Source of the DNA: Chlorokybus atmophyticus
Lineage: Eukaryota > Plantae > Mesostigma and Chlorokybus algae
Direction: 5' to 3'
NCBI GenBank assembly: GCA_009103225.1
Contig: RHPI01000810.1
Coordinates: forward strand, 1,496,190-1,560,189
Length of the DNA: 64,000 nucleotides
Shown: positions 57,051-64,000 of the stretch, one piece after another
Layout of the letters: each line of letters starts with the position of its first letter
Position numbering within the stretch: position 1 is the first letter of the stretch
Notes under the pieces: generated by a model
Database searches by the model: none
What the model saw: the letters and a program-made list of their open reading frames with translations, nothing else
What the model was told of the DNA's origin: nothing
Program-made: the position numbers and the translations under genes

Positions 57051-60000
57051 CCAACCACCCTCGCATGCCAGTCCTCCTCAAGCATGCCTACATCCAGACC
57101 CAAGCCCGGGCTACCAGCATAAAGCCCGCGCGCGACTGCTTAGTAGCCAACTCATGATCGATAGCTAGCATGACCTAGAGCTGTATAGGTCTCGCGCGTA
57201 GCCCATCAGTTATGAATGCAATTGCCCTTGCAGTTAGTTATGACTATTCTATATCGAGCCGGGGGTTTCCTTGAGATATGGTTCGGATATGACCATTAGT
57301 CGCGTTCCGAACAGGCATGACATGATTTGTATAAGTACTTTGCCTTGTCATTATAATAGTTGGTGACAGTGTAAATGAGGACTGAGAAGTAAAGACTCTG
57401 AACCTACGAACCTGTGAAGCAACTTGAACTGTGAGCACGTCGTCCCGGTTGCCAAGAACTTCCTCACTGCGTGAGACAATGTGCTTGCTCTTGTGCGCTG
57501 TGTCTGTCGTTGTTATGAGTTTGACAATGGTGTGTTGCAGTAGTCAGAGCATACCATCCACATGTTGCTTGTTCATTCACCTCACTTAACAGTGTAGCAC
57601 TTTATCCACTTATGTAAAAAATTGTGTATACAATACTACCTACAGTAGTGGCTTGTTAATTCACAGTGTCACCCTCTTTGCACAAGTGAGTGTGTTGCAT
57701 TCGGCATTAGATAGTGCAATCTGTACCCGGAGATATGATCTTTGTGCATTCGTTATTGCTGTCATCACATAGTGAGCACTAGTGTGTTGAATGGTAGCAG
57801 CATTAAGATACACAGGAGAGCACAAACACTCTACCCATCATACACTTTCACCTCTGGACTAGCTGTATGAGCAGGCCCACCCCGTTCTCTCCGATAGACG
57901 AGGGTGACCATAGCAGTTGGAGCCCAACCACCAACCTTACTTACGAGCGTACCAACGATGGGAGCATCGATTGCAGCAGTAGAGTCTCGCGATTCATCTC
58001 CGGCTTCACTCCGTTCCACTTTACTTCTTGCCATCAAGCTTCCCCACCATCGACCGACAGTGACGAGATGGAGTTTTCCAGCTTAACCACCGTGGTTAAG
58101 CTGACATCCTTGCGCTTCTTTGGACGTGCTGGCACCACCTCACTAAACGAATTCATCATCAAGGCGTTGAGAGTATTCCTACATACGATCAGCATCGACC
58201 CTCCACACAGGAGTAGAAGTTCGTAAGGACGAGCACTAGGTCCGGACTTAGCAAGACGGCACCATCGGACCAGACTCCGGATTCCAGACTGGAGCCTTAC
58301 TAGCTGCTTCATATCTCCGCGTATGCTTACTCATATTAGGCGTGTGAGAGCTTGTTGGAAAGCTCTAATTGTAAAAGACAGCGCAGCTTAAAGCGCGTTA
58401 AAAGGCTGAGTATAGTATAGTATATGCTTACGCAGTGCTTGCAAATGTAGACGTGTATGTAATTGGCTGGTATAAGAACTAGCGGACAACTTGTAATAGA
58501 TGAGTGTACTGTGACTTGTGTATGCTCTGGTGGCGGTAGCTCTGTCTGTGTGTGTCCATGCTTGCCTCAGCTACATGGGCATGCTAGTCCTTCAACAGGT
58601 TATGGGCCCACACTACGCTTGAGGAGTGTGAGACTAGCTTGTGTGCATAGTAGTTCTACACTACGGTAGCTTGTTGGTAGCAGAGCCTTGGGTGTCAACT
58701 GCAAGAAAAGGCAGGCACAACAAAGGTGGAGGCAACCTATGACAAGGGGCAGACTGTAAAGCTGGACACTGACAACTACAACACATGGTGCGTGGAGATG
58801 AAGGCCTTGCTCATCCATAAGAAGGTGTGGAAGCATGTTGATCCGAAGGCACCAACACCAGCACCAGGAGCGAACTGTGTGGTCAGAGCATTCAGAAGAA
58901 GCACACTCTTTGCTTGTGTTGAACTGCAAAGCGCATCACTTTCCCATGCTCGCTGCATGCGAAGATGGTAGACAAGCTTAGGGAAAAGCTATCAGCCATT
59001 TTCAGAGCCAAGAATAATGCCAAAAAGTTGCATCTACGCAAGCACCTCAGCGCACTCGGGAAAGAGGCAGCAGAACCCATCACGAAGTATGTTGCACGTG
59101 CAAGAGAGCTATGGGCGGACCTTACCGACGTCGGCCACAACATGGGGGAGACGGAGGTCGAGCTGGCTAATGTTGCAGGGCTACCAACAGTACGAGGTCG
59201 TCGCAACCCTGCTGGAGACGTCATTATTGGGGTTGACATTGGACGATGTGCTACCGAAGCAACTTGCTTCGGTAGTTGAACTCACCGTGGAGCAAAGAGT
59301 TGTGAAGAAGGACGAGCAAGCGGATGCCGTTGCTTTCTACACCGGCAAGCACGCAAAGAAGAGCAACCATGAAGAGAAGTACAAGGGCAACAAGCCGGGC
59401 AACCCTTGTTACAAAGACTCCACATGCCAGTGGTGTGGTCGGAAGGGTCACATTGAGCGAGACTGTCGGAAGAAACAACAGGGGCAACCTAAAGCAAGCA
59501 CTAGCAATAGCAGCAACGAGCATCATCACAAGCAGAAACATGTCGCCTTCACTGCATCCGATTCGAGGGAGAACACAGATTTTTGGGTAGTGGACTCTGG
59601 CTCCAATCGTCATCTCACACTCAACAAGGAGGAGATGAAGAGCTACAAGAAGCTGACGTCTACAGTGAAGGTAGCGGGCTTTGGTGGCGAAGTACTGGTG
59701 GCTGAGGGAGTTGGCAACGTACGGCTCAGTGCAAGGTTGGTAACACACTACGCGAGGTGTTGCTACGCAACGTCCTGCATGTTCCTAAGGCTATTGCGAG
59801 TCTATTCTCTGTGAAGGTTGCAAAGCGCTTAGGCGCGGAGATCCTATTTTGGAAGGGCGGCTGCTCAGTCATTGTAGATGGGGTCGTGTACACTGTTGGG
59901 ATCGCTAGTCCGGGAGGGCTCTGCCACGTGGAGCAGCCTCAAGACATTGATATCCAAGCTATGGTGGTGATGGACAAGGAGTCGCCAACATTGGGGCATC

Positions 60001-63000
60001 GGAGGTCCGGGCATCTGAGCTACGTCAACCTCACTCGCCTTGTTACTGAGAAGATGGTCAACGGTATCCATCTCGACACTGAAGAACTTGGGAATGCATC
60101 AGGTGCACTATGTAAACCATGCCTGATTGCAAAGCAGCATGCTATGCCATTCCCGGTATCCTCTTCTAGCAGTCAGCATCCTTGCGAGCTTGTGCACATG
60201 GATGCCTGTGGCCCTATGCGCATTGTGGCAAAGGGGCCAGGTACTTTGCTACATTTCTCGACAACTACAGCAAGCTGTCAATCATCCTCCCATTGACACT
60301 CAAGTCCGAAGTTGCTGGAGCTGTGCGCACAGCCATGGCCTTGTTGGAGACGCAGTCTGGCAACAAAATGAAGGCAATGAGGAGTACCCGAGGAGGGGAG
60401 TACATCAACAAGGAGTTGAAGGAGTTTTTTGCTAGCAAGGGCATATGCCACGAGACAACGGCACCTTACACCCCGCAGCAGAATGGAGCAGTTGAACGTC
60501 TTAACAGGACATTGCTAGAGCGTGTTCCAGCCATGCTCAACGATGCAGGGGTTGAAGATGATATGTGGAAGGAGGCAGTACTCTTCAACTACATCCGCAA
60601 CAGGTCTCCGGTGAGCTCGAAGCAGAAGACGCCGCGGGAGCTCTTCTACGGAGCCACACCAGATGTGGTATGCGTGTATTCGGATGCACATCATATGCAC
60701 TAGTGCTTAAACAGCTCAAGCACAAATTGGAGCTGGCTCAGCAAGAAGGGCATCTTCGTTGGCTATGAGCCGGGTTCTAAGGCTTACAGGATCTTGTTGA
60801 AGGACACTCAAAAGATCATTGTGAGCAGAGAGGTGGTTTTCCACGGGGGATTGTCACAACCAAATGCAGGCTTCTTTCCTCGGGATGAAGATGAAGCACA
60901 GCCGGAGGAACTTCTTACGACAGGGGTAGTTGCAGGCAAGGCCATCATCGACAACAAGAGTGAGCAGTACTCTATTGTAGCAGACAAGCAGTCGCACCTA
61001 CAGCCGGAGCACGCAGCACGAACATACCCTGGGAGGCAGAGATCAGCACCTGACTTCTATATAGAGCATACAACGCTAGTGAGCAGAGTGAAAAACCAAG
61101 CACCTATGAGGAGGCATTGTTAGCACCAGATGCGGAGCAATGGCAGCGTGCTATGGACGAGGAGATTGCGTCACTCCATGCCAACAACACTTGGTCACTG
61201 GAGCAGATTCCGCAAGGAGTGAAGACCATTTCAATAAAGTGTGTCTTTAAGGTGAAGCGTGATGGTCAAGGCAACATTGAGCGCTACAAGGCAAGGCTGG
61301 TGGTAAGGGGCTTCTTGCAGCAGGAAGGTGTGGACTTCAACGAAGTATTTGCACCTGCAAGTTAGCATACCACCTTCCGTGCACTGCTAGCCGTGGTTGC
61401 TGCTGAAGACCTAGAGTTGCATCACCTGCATGTGAAGACTGCCTTCCTCTATGGATAGCTGGAGGAGGAGATCTTCATCAAGCAAACACCTGGACATGAA
61501 AGGGAGAGAGGCACAGCGTGCAAGCTGATGAGGCATTATACGGGCTGTGAGGCACCGCGTATTCGGCACATCAGGCTCACCAAAGAGCTTAAGGCACTTG
61601 GCTACATCGCATCCTCTGCAAACCCTGGGCTCTTTATACATGCAGACAAGGTCTGGCTGCTCGTGTATGTTGATGATATTATCATCACCGTCAGGCAAGG
61701 GCACCACTTGCAGGAGACAAAATTTGCTCTACAGCATTCTCAGTTCGTGATCTTGGGGAGGCCAAGTGGTTGCTTGGCATGGTGATTAAGCGCGACGGAG
61801 CGGCACACACAATCAAGATTGGTCAGGAGCACATGGTTAGAAGACTCGTCACCAAGTTCGGGCTCGCTGATGCAAAGACCAAGACCACACCGCTGGCACT
61901 TGGCACTGCCCTCATCAAGGCAAAAGATGAGGAGGTACTCGACAAGGCTCAGTATCCATCCATATGGTGAGCTGGTAGGCAGCATGCTATATTTAGCAGT
62001 GTGCACACGTCCCGATGTTGAACATGCTGTGGGAGTACTTGCTCGCTATATGTCTGCACCGAGCATGGAGCACTGAAGAGCAGCGAAAGGAGTACTACGC
62101 TATGTTAATAAGAGCGCAACAGTTGGCATCAAGTTTGGGAATGGGAGCACTCAATTGGAGGGGTGTTGCGACTCGGACTTTGCTGGTGACCTCGACAGCA
62201 GTAGGTCCACAACAGGCTACGTGTTCAAGATAAACGGAAGCGTCGTGAGCTGCAACAGCAGGCTACAACCCACTATTGCAGCATCTACATCAGAGGCTGA
62301 GCACATGGCAGCGGCAGCAGCTGTGAATGAGGCACTTTGGCTTTGCAAGCTTGTGGCAGACCTGGAGCACCCTATCGCGTGCGTCGTCATCAACTGTGAC
62401 AACCAAGGAGCCATCAAGTTTTTGAAGACATCCCGTTGCCTCGGCGAGGATGAAGCACATTGATGTTATGCATCACTTTATGCGAGACAGGGTTACATGG
62501 AGAGAGGTGGAGTTCCAGTACGGTAATACTGAGACATGCTGGCGGACTTCATGACAAAGCCATTGTCACCACTCAAGTTCAAGACTTGTTGTGCAGGACT
62601 TGGCATCTGTGTTTAACGATACAAGCAAGCGCTGGAGGTCAAGCTGCTCGCGTGGGAGTGTTGAGAGTATTCCTACATACGATCAGCATCGACCCTCCAC
62701 ACAGGAGTAGAAGTTCGTAAGGGCGAGCACTAGGTCCGGACTTAGCAAGACGGCACCGTCGGATCAGACTCCGGACTCCAGACTGGAGCCTTACTAGCTG
62801 CTTCGTATCTCCGCGTATACTTGCTCATATTAGGCGTGTGAGAACTTGTTGGAAAGCTTTAATTGTAAAAAACAGCGCAGCTTCAGGCGAGTCAAAAGGC
62901 TGAGTATAGCTTACGCAGTGCTTGCAAATGTAGACTCTCGTCGGACGCGTATGTAACTAGCTAATATAAGAAGCAGCGGACAACTTTTCATAGGTGAATG

Positions 63001-64000
63001 TGATGTGACTTGTGTATGCTCTGGTGGCGGTAGCTCTGTCTGTGTGTGTCCATGCTTGCCTCAGCTACATGTGCATGCTAGTTTTTCAACACAAGTTTCA
63101 TTTCAAGATGCGACAGCAAGCGATGAAGAACAAAGACTGGCTCAGATGAGATTTCCACGCTGCTGCTCAATAATTTGACCACAAAGCACACGATGTCTAA
63201 AAGTCTGTTGCTGAACCGCATCGAGTCGATGGCTATGGCGAGCTCGCCACCATATCATATGCGCCACTGCACAGTCCAGCAACCGTTGTTCTACTTGCTA
63301 CACTAGCTACAGCACCGGCTTGTCCATAGCTGCAGCCATCAAGAGGGCAGAGGAGGAGGCGCCGGAGTTAGTGATCGTCAACCTGACCCCCGCAGGGATT
63401 GAGACCAAAACGGTCGCACGGCAGGCCTAGATCCTAAACCGTTCTGCTGCTATAGTTGAAGAACAACGGGCTGCAGTCGTTGAGATGGGCACGCCTTTAC
63501 GTATGGCAACACATGGCTCTCGTGCTAGAGGCAGTGCTTTCGCCCTCGGGTAAGTTGCATTGCGCGCATCAGCCATCATCATGAATGATTGTAGGTGCTG
63601 CCATCTCTGATTCTCCACTCAAGGACCTATACGCTGCACTTCGTCGCACCTTCCCACCTCAGACCACCAGCAAAGGGAGGAGCTGAAACGGTTTCGACGC
63701 AAGCCCAACAAGGACCCTCTACGCCTGTACTCTAGACTGCAAGGTCTATGGAAGGACACTGACTACAAGATCGTTAATGAGGCTGCTGCTGCAGTGGTGG
63801 TATGTCAATAATTTGGACTCAACCTTAAGTGAGACAACACGCCTGACCCTGAACTATAGCAGGCCCCTTGGCTACACACTCAAGGACGCCTTCGAGATTG
63901 CACAAAGCCATCCACAAACGCTTAATGTATGAGAAGGCATTGCTGGACACCAACAGCAGTGCCTTACGGCCTGTAGCCAGCACAACTGCTGAGCCTCCTC
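57050..64000 (+). mobile_element. Retroelement copy C: upstream region and gag start (57867), interrupted by Copia, resuming at 63092 and running off the window
   Basis: MSRPTPFSPI...TSLNEFIIK at 57867-58164 matches ORF 9827-8856. After the Copia, FHFKMRQQAMKNKDW...RFRRKPNKDPLRLYSR continues the same protein. Confidence 0.8.
58165..63091 (+). mobile_element. Full-length but inactivated Ty1/Copia LTR retrotransposon (4.9 kb)
   Basis: 433-bp LTRs at 58165-58597 and 62659-63091 (TG/CG...CA); PBS GGTTATGGGCCC at 58598; purine tract before 62659; TSD CAAGG/CAAGT. Domain order: gag, CQWCGRKGHIERDC, WVVDSGS protease, LVHMDACGP integrase, RT (RYKARLV, LLVYVDD), RNase H (CDSDFAGD). Many frameshifts and stops. 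Confidence 0.95.

Overview
Eukaryotic, intron-rich nuclear DNA. A streptophyte alga or plant-lineage host is inferred from the Ole e 1 domain, a group-I bZIP, a plant-type complex I ferredoxin and TTTAGGG motifs. About 70% of the window is nested transposons around three host genes: an Ole e 1-domain secreted protein (-), a C1-FDX-like ferredoxin (-) and a VIP1/RF2-like bZIP (+). The centrepiece is a ~14.7-kb giant DNA transposon at ~19616-34300. It carries a Plavaka-type transposase plus spliced cargo: a Zn-finger/Tudor/C5-DNA-methyltransferase, a predicted OTU-deubiquitinase/RING fusion and two unknown genes, with shared GTAC-rich promoters. It appears to have split an N-terminal-endonuclease (Naiad/Chlamys-type) Penelope-like retroelement, and a second truncated copy of its right end lies at 10644-13474. 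Also present: a gag-protease-DNMT retroelement family (four fragments), a decayed Copia with LTRs, PBS and TSD, a decayed CACTA and a pogo remnant. Long GA/CT/C runs are probably gap-fill artefacts. All calls come from manual motif and translation reading; no database searches were run.
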